Part shown: piece by piece, positions 50,233 through 60,169 of the stretch
How positions within the stretch are numbered: the first letter of the stretch is position 1
How the letters are laid out: the number at the start of each line of letters is the position of its first letter
DNA from: Candidatus Hermodarchaeota archaeon
Lineage (GTDB): Archaea > Asgardarchaeota > Lokiarchaeia > Sigyniarchaeales > SOKP01
NCBI GenBank assembly: GCA_048885525.1
Contig: JBHLLP010000014.1
Location: 17,719 to 81,718 of the forward strand
Reading direction: 5' to 3'
Length of the DNA stretch: 64,000 nucleotides
Program-made: the position numbers and the translations under genes
The notes under the pieces: model-generated
Database searches by the model: none
The model's input: the letters and a program-made list of their open reading frames with translations, nothing else
What the model was told of the DNA's origin: nothing

Positions 50233-52005
50233 ATGGTGAAACCGGCAAAAGCGACACAAAAGAGTCTTAATATTTCAAAAGGGATAATTTTTACATTCCT
50301 TACTATATACCTAATAGTATTTGGATTTTTAATTACCAATTTTATTGTTATTTATCAACAACAAAATCCAGAGGTTTTACCTATTTTTGTGACTTATATT
50401 CCTATGTTATGTTATTTGGGCGCTATTTTTAGTGGTATTACCTTTTTTGTATTTTTAAGAAATGCTACCACACAAAAAATGCGAGAAACTCAATCACGAA
50501 AAAAAATAAAATCTGGTTCAATATACAAGCAAGCGCTTTTTATTATTATATTTGTTTTTGTTTTCATTCCTTTATTTTCACCAATGATTGATCAAGGTAA
50601 AAATAATCAAAACCACTCAATATACAATACTGAATATTGGAATGGGGCTTCAGATTTTAAACGAGCGATTGAGGATGATGGTTATGATGTAATGGCAGTA
50701 CAATCTAGTTTAAGTGCAACTGATAGGCTTATAAATACCACAATTAATAATAAAGAAAAAAAATCTATATTACTAATTCTATTAGGCCCAAATCAATTTT
50801 ATGATCCTATATTCGAAGTCCCCTATTTTATAGAATTTTTTAAAGGGGACAATTCCCTTTTAATATGTCACGATCATGGCTCAACAAGTACTTTATTATG
50901 GGAGATTCTTATTGCGAGTGTTTTTGAACCAACAATAACAATCCCTTTAACAATTTTTCCCGATGGGATATTGCGAGATAACTCTTCTTTTGATACGAAT
51001 CCAGAATTTCCTGTAATTAAAAGTTTCACATCTCATCCAACTACAGCTGGTGTAAATAATGTTATTCTTTCAGTAGCTTCTTGTGCGGTAGGAGGACCCT
51101 TTATTGAAGCTTTTGGATGGACTTCAATAGGGTCTACGACTGAATACGGATTTATTGATAAAAAACCATATAATGGATATTATGATTCTCCCAATGATGA
51201 TCTTAGTTTAGGTTTTATGAGTATTTTGGCAGGAGCTCTGCCTATTCCGTTTCCTTCAAGTTTACCCCTCGGGGGTTATTCTCAAAGTGTTTTTTTGGCT
51301 AGAGATCTAGGAACACAACGAATTTTTGTATCAGCAGATGCAAGTTTGTTTAATAATGAATTAATAGATGAATATGACAATATGCAATTTGGTTTAAATA
51401 TCATTGAGTGGTTAACATATGCCAATGAGGGAGGAAATAAAGATGAATGGGTTGTTGTGTTTGATGAAGCACACATAAGACCAGAATATTCAAGAGATCT
51501 TACCTCTGCTGGAATATTTGGATATATTATGCAATATATAGTACATTTGTCGACAAACCCTATCACTGCATGGATTTATCCGCTCTTAGCGTTTTATTCA
51601 TTAAGGAAATATCTTCCTAAAAAGGATAAAAAGAAGGAAGAAGAAAAATTAGCAGAAGAAGAAGAGAAGAAAGAAGAAATGGCACGATTTCGAACTTCTT
51701 CATTTTTTGCTCAAAAGATTGAGGAATATAGAGATAAGATGAAATATGCAGAGGCATTAAAATTACTTTATAGACGACTAGAACGAAAATTGCGTAGTCA
51801 ATTAGGAGGAATTAAAATTACATCTAAAAATGTAATAGATTTGGTTTTAGCAAAAAATCCATCCACCACAAAATTAAAAACAAGAAGATTAAGTAAATTT
51901 ATGGATAGAATATTGTTAATTAAAGAAGGAAAATCTAAAGTGAAAACTGAACAGGATTTCGAAGAATTATTTTTCGAAATGAGTTGGGCGGTTAATAATA
52001 TTTAA
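50233..52005 (+). CDS. membrane protein with DUF4350/GATase-like extracellular domain
   Basis: Three N-terminal TMs; SIYN..WNGASDF, ADASLFNN, VVFDEAH; TM plus cytoplasmic helical tail. Confidence 0.7.
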   Translation: MVKPAKATQKSLNISKGIIFTFLTIYLIVFGFLITNFIVIYQQQNPEVLPIFVTYIPMLCYLGAIFSGITFFVFLRNATTQKMRETQSRKKIKSGSIYKQALFIIIFVFVFIPLFSPMIDQGKNNQNHSIYNTEYWNGASDFKRAIEDDGYDVMAVQSSLSATDRLINTTINNKEKKSILLILLGPNQFYDPIFEVPYFIEFFKGDNSLLICHDHGSTSTLLWEILIASVFEPTITIPLTIFPDGILRDNSSFDTNPEFPVIKSFTSHPTTAGVNNVILSVASCAVGGPFIEAFGWTSIGSTTEYGFIDKKPYNGYYDSPNDDLSLGFMSILAGALPIPFPSSLPLGGYSQSVFLARDLGTQRIFVSADASLFNNELIDEYDNMQFGLNIIEWLTYANEGGNKDEWVVVFDEAHIRPEYSRDLTSAGIFGYIMQYIVHLSTNPITAWIYPLLAFYSLRKYLPKKDKKKEEEKLAEEEEKKEEMARFRTSSFFAQKIEEYRDKMKYAEALKLLYRRLERKLRSQLGGIKITSKNVIDLVLAKNPSTTKLKTRRLSKFMDRILLIKEGKSKVKTEQDFEELFFEMSWAVNNI

Positions 52006-52078
52006 TAATATTTAAAATACAAAAAATTTAATGAATAATTTAAAAAATAAATAAAAAAAACAAAGAGGTATTAAATAA

Positions 52079-53059
52079 ATGGAAGCTCCAGATAAAGCAA
52101 AATATTATGACCATGAAGAAATAGATGTAACACCTATTAGGGAAATAGCTCAAGAAGTTTTAAGTGAAGTAAGCCGCGTTATTGTCGGTTATGGAGAAAT
52201 TCTCCAACAACTCTTCATAGCTCTCCTTGTAAATGGACATGTCCTCCTAGAAGGAGTGCCTGGACTTGGTAAGACGGTAATGGCAAAAACCTTCGCAAAA
52301 ACTCTTGGAATATCGTTTCGTAGAGTTCAATTCACACCAGATCTTCTTCCTGCTGATATAACTGGTACTAAAATTTTCGATCAGAATGAAGGGGCATTTG
52401 TGCTTCAAAGAGGACCATTGTTTGCGAATATGGTTCTTGCCGATGAAATTAATAGAAGTGCTCCTAAAACTCAAGCAGCATTATTAGAAGCAATGGCAGA
52501 ACGACAAATAACCATTGAAGGTCAAACATTGGCATTAGATAAGCCATTCATTGTTGTTGCAACAGAGAATCCTGTTGAAATGGAAGGGACATATCCCCTA
52601 CCAGAAGCACAAGTTGACAGATTTTTATTCAAACTTTGGTTAGATTATCCTGAACAAGATGAAGAAGTGGAAATTATGCGACGACAAATCTCAGGAGAAT
52701 CTCCTTCAGTTGAAGCTATAACTGCTGGAGAAGAAATTCTTGCTGCTCAGAAAATTATGAATCTGGTCTATATTGATGATAGGATTTTAAAATATATTCG
52801 TGATATTATACTAAAAACACGAAATCATCCGCAAATTGCTCTTGGTTGTGGTCCTCGGGCTTCATTAACTTTAATGAAATGTGCTAAAGCTCGTGCTGCA
52901 ATATTAGGTAGATCTTATGTAACTCCTGACGATGTAAGAGCATTGATTGTTCCGGCATTAAATCACAGAATTCTTTTAAAACCAGAAGCTGAATTAGAAG
53001 GTCTTGATACGCAAAGTATCTTAAAATCAATCGTAGAAGATATTCCCATCCCCATTTAA
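52079..53059 (+). CDS. moxR: MoxR AAA+ ATPase (MRP subfamily)
   Basis: GHVLLEGVPGLGKT, RVQFTPDLLPADITG, LADEINR, EGTYPLPEAQVDRF. Confidence 0.95.
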   Translation: MEAPDKAKYYDHEEIDVTPIREIAQEVLSEVSRVIVGYGEILQQLFIALLVNGHVLLEGVPGLGKTVMAKTFAKTLGISFRRVQFTPDLLPADITGTKIFDQNEGAFVLQRGPLFANMVLADEINRSAPKTQAALLEAMAERQITIEGQTLALDKPFIVVATENPVEMEGTYPLPEAQVDRFLFKLWLDYPEQDEEVEIMRRQISGESPSVEAITAGEEILAAQKIMNLVYIDDRILKYIRDIILKTRNHPQIALGCGPRASLTLMKCAKARAAILGRSYVTPDDVRALIVPALNHRILLKPEAELEGLDTQSILKSIVEDIPIPI

Positions 53060-53130
53060 ATCAAAAATTTTTCTTTTTTATGGGTGTAATATTTATATTG
53101 AATTAATAGAAAAAAAAGTGGTGGAGTTAT

Positions 53131-54459
53131 ATTTTAGGAGGAAAAGGTAGAAGTTTAATTTTATTTGCTGTATTTTTCCTTACAGCGGGATTTGCATTTG
53201 TAAATTATTTCTTAATTTATTTTGCTATATTACTATTATTTAGTACGATCATTAGTCTACCAATTTTCCACTATAAAATGAATGTGGAAGAGTTAAGAGT
53301 ACATAGAGAACTTGAGAAAGAAAAAGTATTTAAGGATGATTTTGTTCATGTGAAAGTAGTAATTGAAAATATCGGTCGCAGTAGTTTTGATTTTATTGAA
53401 ATTAGAGACACTTATAACCCACAGCTATTTAGATTAATTTTAGGCGAAAATTTTATCTCTACTAGAATTGGACCCAAAGCTGTAATTAAATTTTCTTATG
53501 TCCTTGAACCAAGAGTCAGAGGTGAATATGCTCTCGGTCCTTTATCAGTAACAGTTAAAGACAGATTAGGTTTTAATTCACTTGAGAGAATTGTACCAAA
53601 TAGTGTTACGGACATTCTTATCTATCCACCCTATGAAGATATTAAAAGAATTGAAATTTTAGGTTCAAAAAGATCTTTGCAACTTAATTATGGTGTACAA
53701 AGATCGAAACAAAAGGGACTTGGTTCAGAGTTTTATGGCATGAGAAAATATGTATTTGGAGATCAGTTTAGACTTATTGATTGGAAAGCAAGTGCTCGAT
53801 CCCAGACTTTAATTGTCAAAGAATTTGAGAGTGAAAGAGATGTGACTGTAATGATATTAGTAGATTCTTCAGATACAATGGCGGGGGGAGCAATTGAAAA
53901 TACTAAATTTGAATATGCTATAAGAGCTTGCATGTTGTTAACTAAAGTAGCATTAACAAGAAGGGATAATGTAGGTGTGTTTACATTTTCAGATAAAAAG
54001 AATTTAAACTTCTTAAAGCCAAACCGTGGAGAGGAACATTTCTACCAAGTTCTAGATTTTGTAGCCAGAATTAAGCCACAAGGAAAGTGTAAATTCGTTG
54101 AAGCAATGGATAATTTTACAAAACGTTTTCAAAAACGAAGTTTAATTTTTGTAATTTCCGATTTAGAAGCAAATCCAAAAGATATATCCCAAGCTATTAA
54201 AAAGTTAGTTCCTTTCAATCATAGTATTATAATTATTAACCCATTTAGTCCTTGGTTTGAGATTCATGAAATTGATTTATCCTCAACAGATAAAGCTTTA
54301 GCAGAAGCGATAAGCGAAGAAATGATGGAACATGTCCTTATTATTAGGCAAGAACTGCGAAATTTGGGAATAAATATAATAACGTGCGGACCTGATGATA
54401 TGATGAATCAGGTTTTAAGTAATTATATGGAAGCGAAGAAAAAAGGGAGGGCGTATTAA
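53131..54459 (+). CDS. DUF58 (vWA-like) MoxR partner with N-terminal TM hairpin
   Basis: G.EFYGMRKY..GD..R.IDWKASAR, VKEFE, ISD. Frame is open upstream of ATG 53278 and encodes two TMs; probable ATT start at 53131. Confidence 0.85.
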   Translation: MLGGKGRSLILFAVFFLTAGFAFVNYFLIYFAILLLFSTIISLPIFHYKMNVEELRVHRELEKEKVFKDDFVHVKVVIENIGRSSFDFIEIRDTYNPQLFRLILGENFISTRIGPKAVIKFSYVLEPRVRGEYALGPLSVTVKDRLGFNSLERIVPNSVTDILIYPPYEDIKRIEILGSKRSLQLNYGVQRSKQKGLGSEFYGMRKYVFGDQFRLIDWKASARSQTLIVKEFESERDVTVMILVDSSDTMAGGAIENTKFEYAIRACMLLTKVALTRRDNVGVFTFSDKKNLNFLKPNRGEEHFYQVLDFVARIKPQGKCKFVEAMDNFTKRFQKRSLIFVISDLEANPKDISQAIKKLVPFNHSIIIINPFSPWFEIHEIDLSSTDKALAEAISEEMMEHVLIIRQELRNLGINIITCGPDDMMNQVLSNYMEAKKKGRAY

Positions 54460-54461
54460 AA

Positions 54462-55940
54462 ATGGTTCGTGTATATTTATTAATATTAAAAATTATCAAT
54501 TTAGCAATATTTTCTTGGTTATTCATTATTTTTCTAACTTCCATTTTTGATTTCAACGAAGTAATTACAACAGCCGATGATGAATTTGTTATATTGGCTT
54601 TTTTTGGTGCAATACGCAACATATTTTCCTATATTATTTTCGGTGGTGGGTATGTAATAACTTTTGTCTGTATGTTTCTTATGGGTTTTTATCATCCTAC
54701 TATTCGTTATGTTATTGAAGCTTTCTTTAAGAAATATTTACTTTCATGGTTTTCGTTTGATTTAGAACATATTCGGGAGCTTTTAGGTGATAATAACTTC
54801 CAATTGCAAGATCTAGCCTTACCAGATATTCCTAAATTAATAATGGGTGAAGCAGGAGTATTATTTAGTGATTTCTATTTATTTATTTTCCAAATACTCT
54901 TTTTAATATCAATTATTTATGCAATTAGAGCTTTTTTCAGTAGTGATCCAAAACGTTCGTTTGTAGCAATTGGATCAGTAATCCTTATGATTATTATTCC
55001 TTTAATGGTAGAAGGTTTACGAAATATGTTGGACTTGTTCAATTTTCAAATTGCCTACTTAGAAGAAATGGTTAACCCACTTGATCCCATTCTAGACGAT
55101 ATACCACTCGATGATTTTTATGCATTTATGACAAGTCCAGTTATCTTATTTGGTATAATATCTTATATTTATCTAGAAATTTCATTTCAAATTAATTATG
55201 CTGATATAGTAACAAAACCCTCTTTAGAAAGAAGTGATAGACTAGAAGCTCAATTGAATATACTCGCAAGAGAATCATACTTTATTACTGCTAATATTGA
55301 TAAAATTAAACAAGAAGCCAAAGAAAGGATCAAAGAAATTGAATCAGAACAGAAAGAAGGATTAGTGGTTGGAAAATTTTTTGCAAAAACAGGCAAACGA
55401 TTCTCATACGTAAAAGAAATGATTGAAAGGAAAAAGTTAGAGGAAGAGGAAAAAAAGTTAGTTACTGCAGCATCAAAAACGAGAAGACTTGGGAGATATA
55501 TAAATCGCCTTTTCCGAGAAGATCCAGAAGCCAAGGATACATTAACTGCAAGTTCATCAGCTCCAAGAGCTCGAAATTTAGCAACATCGACCATAATCAA
55601 TTTTATCTATCGTGTAGGCCTATTATTGATTATAAGCTTTATTATAATACACCCACATTGGTTTTTAGATAGTATTTTACAATTACCCCCAGCTATTACT
55701 GAAAGTGTTGCAATATATAATCCAGAAGTTATAATAATTATACTAGGACCAATCATGTTGATATTTCCAGTAATATCTAAATTAATATCGTTTATTAAAC
55801 ATAGAAATTTAATAATTCGATTACAACAAGAAGGGCGTATAAAGGAGCTTTTAACATCAGTTGGCGACTACGTTAAAAAAGAACAAGTTGAAATGTCACT
55901 AGAGGAAGAAACCGAAGAGGTAGCAACAGAATCTACTTAA
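54462..55940 (+). CDS. polytopic membrane protein, last gene of the MoxR operon
   Basis: Multiple hydrophobic segments with a cytoplasmic coiled coil; 2 bp after the DUF58 gene. Confidence 0.7.
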   Translation: MVRVYLLILKIINLAIFSWLFIIFLTSIFDFNEVITTADDEFVILAFFGAIRNIFSYIIFGGGYVITFVCMFLMGFYHPTIRYVIEAFFKKYLLSWFSFDLEHIRELLGDNNFQLQDLALPDIPKLIMGEAGVLFSDFYLFIFQILFLISIIYAIRAFFSSDPKRSFVAIGSVILMIIIPLMVEGLRNMLDLFNFQIAYLEEMVNPLDPILDDIPLDDFYAFMTSPVILFGIISYIYLEISFQINYADIVTKPSLERSDRLEAQLNILARESYFITANIDKIKQEAKERIKEIESEQKEGLVVGKFFAKTGKRFSYVKEMIERKKLEEEEKKLVTAASKTRRLGRYINRLFREDPEAKDTLTASSSAPRARNLATSTIINFIYRVGLLLIISFIIIHPHWFLDSILQLPPAITESVAIYNPEVIIIILGPIMLIFPVISKLISFIKHRNLIIRLQQEGRIKELLTSVGDYVKKEQVEMSLEEETEEVATEST

Positions 55941-55953
55941 TTACTTTTTAATT

Positions 55954-56916
55954 TTAAATTTTTAAATTCAATACAAATTGAGCTAATTCAATTTTTTTCC
56001 TTAAATTAGTCATTATTGTATCAAATGAATAAGTTTTAATTCCTAATGCTTCAATTTTAGGTTTTAAACTAATATCTCTATTGTCTATGATATAATGTCC
56101 TAAAATATCTTTATAAAATCTCGCAACACCAACACATGAAACTTCTAAACCAAAACATTTCATTAATTTATCTGCTGGACCTTTAATTGGTGCTCCTTCT
56201 ATGATTGGGCTTATTGCAAGCACTTTATCCTTAACTTGGGAAAGAGCTTTTTGAATTCTTTTTACTTGTAGGATGGTGCCTATCGACACAATTGGATTTG
56301 ATGGACAAATGATAATTCTTTTTGCTTTTTGTATGTATCCTAATGTCCCCTCGACAGGTAAAGCATCTTCAATTCCTTTAAATTCTACTCTTAAAATTTC
56401 TGGTTTACATTGATATTTAATAAAGAATTCCTCGAAATGCATTGTTCCTAAGGGAGTTGTTATACATGTTTCAACAGATTCATTACACATGGGTAAAAGA
56501 TGAGTAATTACTCCTAAATGTTTACATATCAAATTAGTTATCTCTGCTTTATTAAAACCTTCTTTAAATAGTTCTGTACGATAAATATGGGTAGCTAAAT
56601 CTTTATCACCTATGTTAAACCATCCTGTCTCATAATATTTTTTCAAAATATTCAGACAATTGAAAGTTTCGTTCGCAAATCCCCAACCTTTTTCTTTATC
56701 TACTAAGTTTGCTAATGTGTAAGTTATAATATCTAAATCAGGACAAATTTTGAGACCAAATAATTCAATATCATCACCAGTATTTATAATAATTTTAAGT
56801 AATTCAGGTTTCACCACTTCTGCTAATCCTTTAATTAATTTTGCAGCTCCAACGCCTCCTGCTAATACCACATAATAATTTTCATCCATATTTTTAACCT
56901 TAAATACTTGGTTCAA
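55954..56916 (-). CDS. cofD: 2-phospho-L-lactate/phosphoenolpyruvate transferase (F420 biosynthesis)
   Basis: LAGGVGAAK, NTGDD, CPDLD, IGDKD.ATH, PSNP.VSI, GPA; true start may be MDENYY at ~56889. Confidence 0.93.
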   Translation of the reverse strand: MNQVFKVKNMDENYYVVLAGGVGAAKLIKGLAEVVKPELLKIIINTGDDIELFGLKICPDLDIITYTLANLVDKEKGWGFANETFNCLNILKKYYETGWFNIGDKDLATHIYRTELFKEGFNKAEITNLICKHLGVITHLLPMCNESVETCITTPLGTMHFEEFFIKYQCKPEILRVEFKGIEDALPVEGTLGYIQKAKRIIICPSNPIVSIGTILQVKRIQKALSQVKDKVLAISPIIEGAPIKGPADKLMKCFGLEVSCVGVARFYKDILGHYIIDNRDISLKPKIEALGIKTYSFDTIMTNLRKKIELAQFVLNLKI

Positions 56917-58312
56917 ATATTATCTCTTTGAATTTTTTACGATTTGGAGCTTTTACCGCTTTAATAGGATACCCTACTGTAAAAAAAGCCATTGGAATAT
57001 AAGATTTAGGAAGTTTCAAAGCTTCCTTTATGATCTTTTTTGCAAAAAGTGGAGCACAATACCAACAAGCTGCCAATTTTTTTATTTCAAAAGCAAGGAG
57101 CAGATATGTTGCTGAACTGCTAATACTCTGTATACCTAAAAAGAATTCATTTTGCATTCTTTCAATATCTTGATACTTTTCTAGATCCTGTTCATCCAAA
57201 CATAATAAAATTAAAAAAGGTGCTTTTAAAAATTTGCTTCTTGTTTTTTCTACTTTCTTCTTAATCTCTGCTTCACTTAATCTATCTTTATGTAAATCTT
57301 TTCTAAATTTTTCATTCATTTTATCTATTAAACTTTCACGTTGCTTACCTCTCTCAAGAATAATATATCTCCAAAATTGCCCATTATGAGCACTTGGAGC
57401 CCAACAGGCTAGTTCAATGCATTCTTCTATAATTTTTTTGTCAACATCTTTAAAAGCAAAATCCATTTTGTAGCTTCTTCGATTTTTAAGTATTTCTAGA
57501 AAGCTTTCATGTTTAGGCTCTCTAAATAGATCAAGTTCCTTTTCTCGTAGAATAGTTTTTATTGAAGCTTTTTCACTAAATTTAAAATTATAACCTTTAA
57601 TTAATACAACTGGAATCCCTTCATCTGATTCTCCCATGATCAACTGCGCTGCCGCTGCCAAACTATCAACTTGACCAATAATTGTTGTTTGAAGTTGATG
57701 TCCAAATAAATCTTTTTTACCTCTCATATCTAAAATTGGTTCTATCCCTGATACTCCAATAGCAGTTCCTATAGCTCCTACTCTAAAAGCTCTTCCGAAT
57801 GAATCAGAAATAATTACACCAATATCCTTATTCGTTTTACTTTTTAATGCGATTCTAATTTTCTCAGCATCATGATCTGGATTTTTTGGTAATAAGGTTA
57901 TAAATCCTTCTTCCTCTACGTTAGATTTATCTATTCCAGCATCTGCGCAGATAAACCCTTGTCTAGTTTCCGATATTAATACATGCTCACTTCTTATAAG
58001 TTTCTTTGATTCATCTAAAATTGCTTGAATTAGTTCAGGACTCTTTTCAGGTAAATCTAGAATCCTAATTTTTGGAGCAATAGAATTATATAATTCTATA
58101 GCTTTCTTACTTGGACTGATCTCATTTAAATTCCTAATCCGACCACTACTTTTAGATATTATTGATTGAGCTATTACAATTATATCTCTGTCTTCTAGAG
58201 AAATTTCATTTTTATTTAAAGCATTTATTATAATTTCAGAGAGTTGGTCTCCCTTCTTAATTAAAGGAATTCCTTTTAGTCCAATAATTTTAATTTCTTT
58301 TTTTAAATTCAT
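56900..58312 (-). CDS. cofE: F420:gamma-glutamyl ligase fused to nitroreductase domain (FbiB-like)
   Basis: ADAGIDKSN, ISDSFGRAFR.G, GESDEGIP; C-terminal RRS..F, WAPSAHNGQFWR, GYP. Confidence 0.9.
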   Translation of the reverse strand: MNLKKEIKIIGLKGIPLIKKGDQLSEIIINALNKNEISLEDRDIIVIAQSIISKSSGRIRNLNEISPSKKAIELYNSIAPKIRILDLPEKSPELIQAILDESKKLIRSEHVLISETRQGFICADAGIDKSNVEEEGFITLLPKNPDHDAEKIRIALKSKTNKDIGVIISDSFGRAFRVGAIGTAIGVSGIEPILDMRGKKDLFGHQLQTTIIGQVDSLAAAAQLIMGESDEGIPVVLIKGYNFKFSEKASIKTILREKELDLFREPKHESFLEILKNRRSYKMDFAFKDVDKKIIEECIELACWAPSAHNGQFWRYIILERGKQRESLIDKMNEKFRKDLHKDRLSEAEIKKKVEKTRSKFLKAPFLILLCLDEQDLEKYQDIERMQNEFFLGIQSISSSATYLLLAFEIKKLAACWYCAPLFAKKIIKEALKLPKSYIPMAFFTVGYPIKAVKAPNRKKFKEIIFEPSI

Positions 58313-58324
58313 AATAATTTGACT

Positions 58325-59380
58325 TTAGATTTTTATATATCTTTTAATATCGGATATTTTACTTTCAGCTAATATTTCATATTTTTCAGGAATTGCACAA
58401 CAAGCAGAAAAAAACTTAAATTGGATTTTAGAATTATGATTTTTTAACCATTGTAAAGTATGTTTAGATGGGATTTCGATTCTGGTTATACCTGCTTTAA
58501 TTGCGCATTTTTCAACCTCAATTTTTATCTTCCCTCGGGGTCTCATACATCCTAAGGAAATCTCTGTTTTGGGAAAAGCAAATCTTAAAATAGTTATAAT
58601 TTTTGCTATATCTTCTGGTTTAGGCGTGTTAAACTTAATCATAGAATTTTTCGGAGGAATTAACACAATGATGACTATCAAAGATGGATTTATTTCAGTT
58701 TCTTTAATAAATTTGATAGCATCCAATTCCTTGTTTAGTTTTCCATAAAGTAAACCAACACAAATATGAGGAACGATATTTAATTCATACTTTTTCAATA
58801 AGTCTATTGCTTTTTTATATTCATTTAATTCAATATCCAAATGATAAATATTCCTTATAACTTCTTCATCCAAATTTATATCAAATGAAACAATATCAAC
58901 CCCGACATCAGCAAGTTTCTCTGCTGTTTCTTCATCCAACAAACCTGTATGAGTATTAATAATTAAATTTGTTTCTCTTTTCACTTTTTTGATCGTATCT
59001 AAGAAACCTAATAAAGGAACTGAGCCATCTTTCCTACTTCCGCCTGAAATTAATGCCCCAATCCCATTATTTTTAGAAAGACGCATTAAAAATTGCTCCA
59101 AAGTTTCATTATCTAATACTTGTTTCATCCCTTTCAAATATTTCTTATTACAATGTTCACATTCTAAAGCACATTCACTCCCTGTTATACTAACTGCAGG
59201 AAATCTTTTAGTTGGATTATAGATTTTTAAAATATTTCCAAAATTCTCTTTGGTAATACTTTGAGCTAAATTGAAAAATGCTTCTAATTGATTAAATTCC
59301 ATTTTTATAAAATCTGAATAATCAGACCATGCAGCATTTCCAGATTTTATTCTTTTTAATAAATCATTAACTTTATTCAT
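58325..59380 (-). CDS. lipS1: radical SAM lipoyl synthase component LipS1
   Basis: CALECEHC; GCMRP and CC motifs characteristic of archaeal LipS1. Confidence 0.8.
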   Translation of the reverse strand: MNKVNDLLKRIKSGNAAWSDYSDFIKMEFNQLEAFFNLAQSITKENFGNILKIYNPTKRFPAVSITGSECALECEHCNKKYLKGMKQVLDNETLEQFLMRLSKNNGIGALISGGSRKDGSVPLLGFLDTIKKVKRETNLIINTHTGLLDEETAEKLADVGVDIVSFDINLDEEVIRNIYHLDIELNEYKKAIDLLKKYELNIVPHICVGLLYGKLNKELDAIKFIKETEINPSLIVIIVLIPPKNSMIKFNTPKPEDIAKIITILRFAFPKTEISLGCMRPRGKIKIEVEKCAIKAGITRIEIPSKHTLQWLKNHNSKIQFKFFSACCAIPEKYEILAESKISDIKRYIKI

Positions 59381-60152
59381 ATTTTTTTAGCCATATTGCT
59401 TTTAAATACTTATCTTGTGCCAGTTTTTTTGCTAAACTTTTCTCCTCATCAGAAAAGCTCCCCTCTTCTAATTCTATTCCTAAAGACTTTTGAAAACCAC
59501 GTTTTAGTGAACGTATCAACTCATCTTCCTTATAATCTACTATTTGATTTTTAATTCCAATGCATTTAGCTCTTACAGATTTTACCATCCTAGATTTACC
59601 TATATTTTCTGGTGGTTTTAAAATAGAATACATCAAATCTGGATCAATATCTAATAAAATTGTACCATGTTGAAGAACAAAACCTTTCTTTCTCACTTGT
59701 GCATTCCCAGAAAATTTTTTTCCATCCAATAAAATAGCGGGACAATGAATAATATCTTTTTCTGTTTTAAGTCCATAAAACTTAAGTCCTATAATAATTC
59801 CTCGAGTAATTATCTCAAACTGTTCTATTATTTTTTTAGCACCTAATTCTTCAAGAAATTTTATTGGACAAACTATTGAATATGTGATCTCTCTATTTTC
59901 ATCATGGAAAACAGCGCCTCCTCCAGTTATTCTTCTAACGATATTATATCCTTTTTTATATGCTAAATCTATATTAATTTCGTTCTTCAAACTTTGATTT
60001 CTTCCTATACTAGCTGTTGATGGTTTCCATTTATAAAACCTTAGAGTGTTTAATGATTTCTTCTCAATTGTCATCCTTAATATCGCTTCATCTAAAGCCA
60101 TATTGCAAAATCCATTTCTAACTTCTAGTGGTAAATATCGCCATTTATTCAT
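59373..60152 (-). CDS. lipoate/octanoate-protein ligase catalytic domain (LplA/LipM family)
   Basis: NMALDEA, RRITGGGAVFHD, KFSGNAQ, LQHGTIL. Confidence 0.9.
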   Translation of the reverse strand: MNKWRYLPLEVRNGFCNMALDEAILRMTIEKKSLNTLRFYKWKPSTASIGRNQSLKNEINIDLAYKKGYNIVRRITGGGAVFHDENREITYSIVCPIKFLEELGAKKIIEQFEIITRGIIIGLKFYGLKTEKDIIHCPAILLDGKKFSGNAQVRKKGFVLQHGTILLDIDPDLMYSILKPPENIGKSRMVKSVRAKCIGIKNQIVDYKEDELIRSLKRGFQKSLGIELEEGSFSDEEKSLAKKLAQDKYLKAIWLKKYE

Positions 60153-60169
60153 ATCTAATCAGTTGATTT

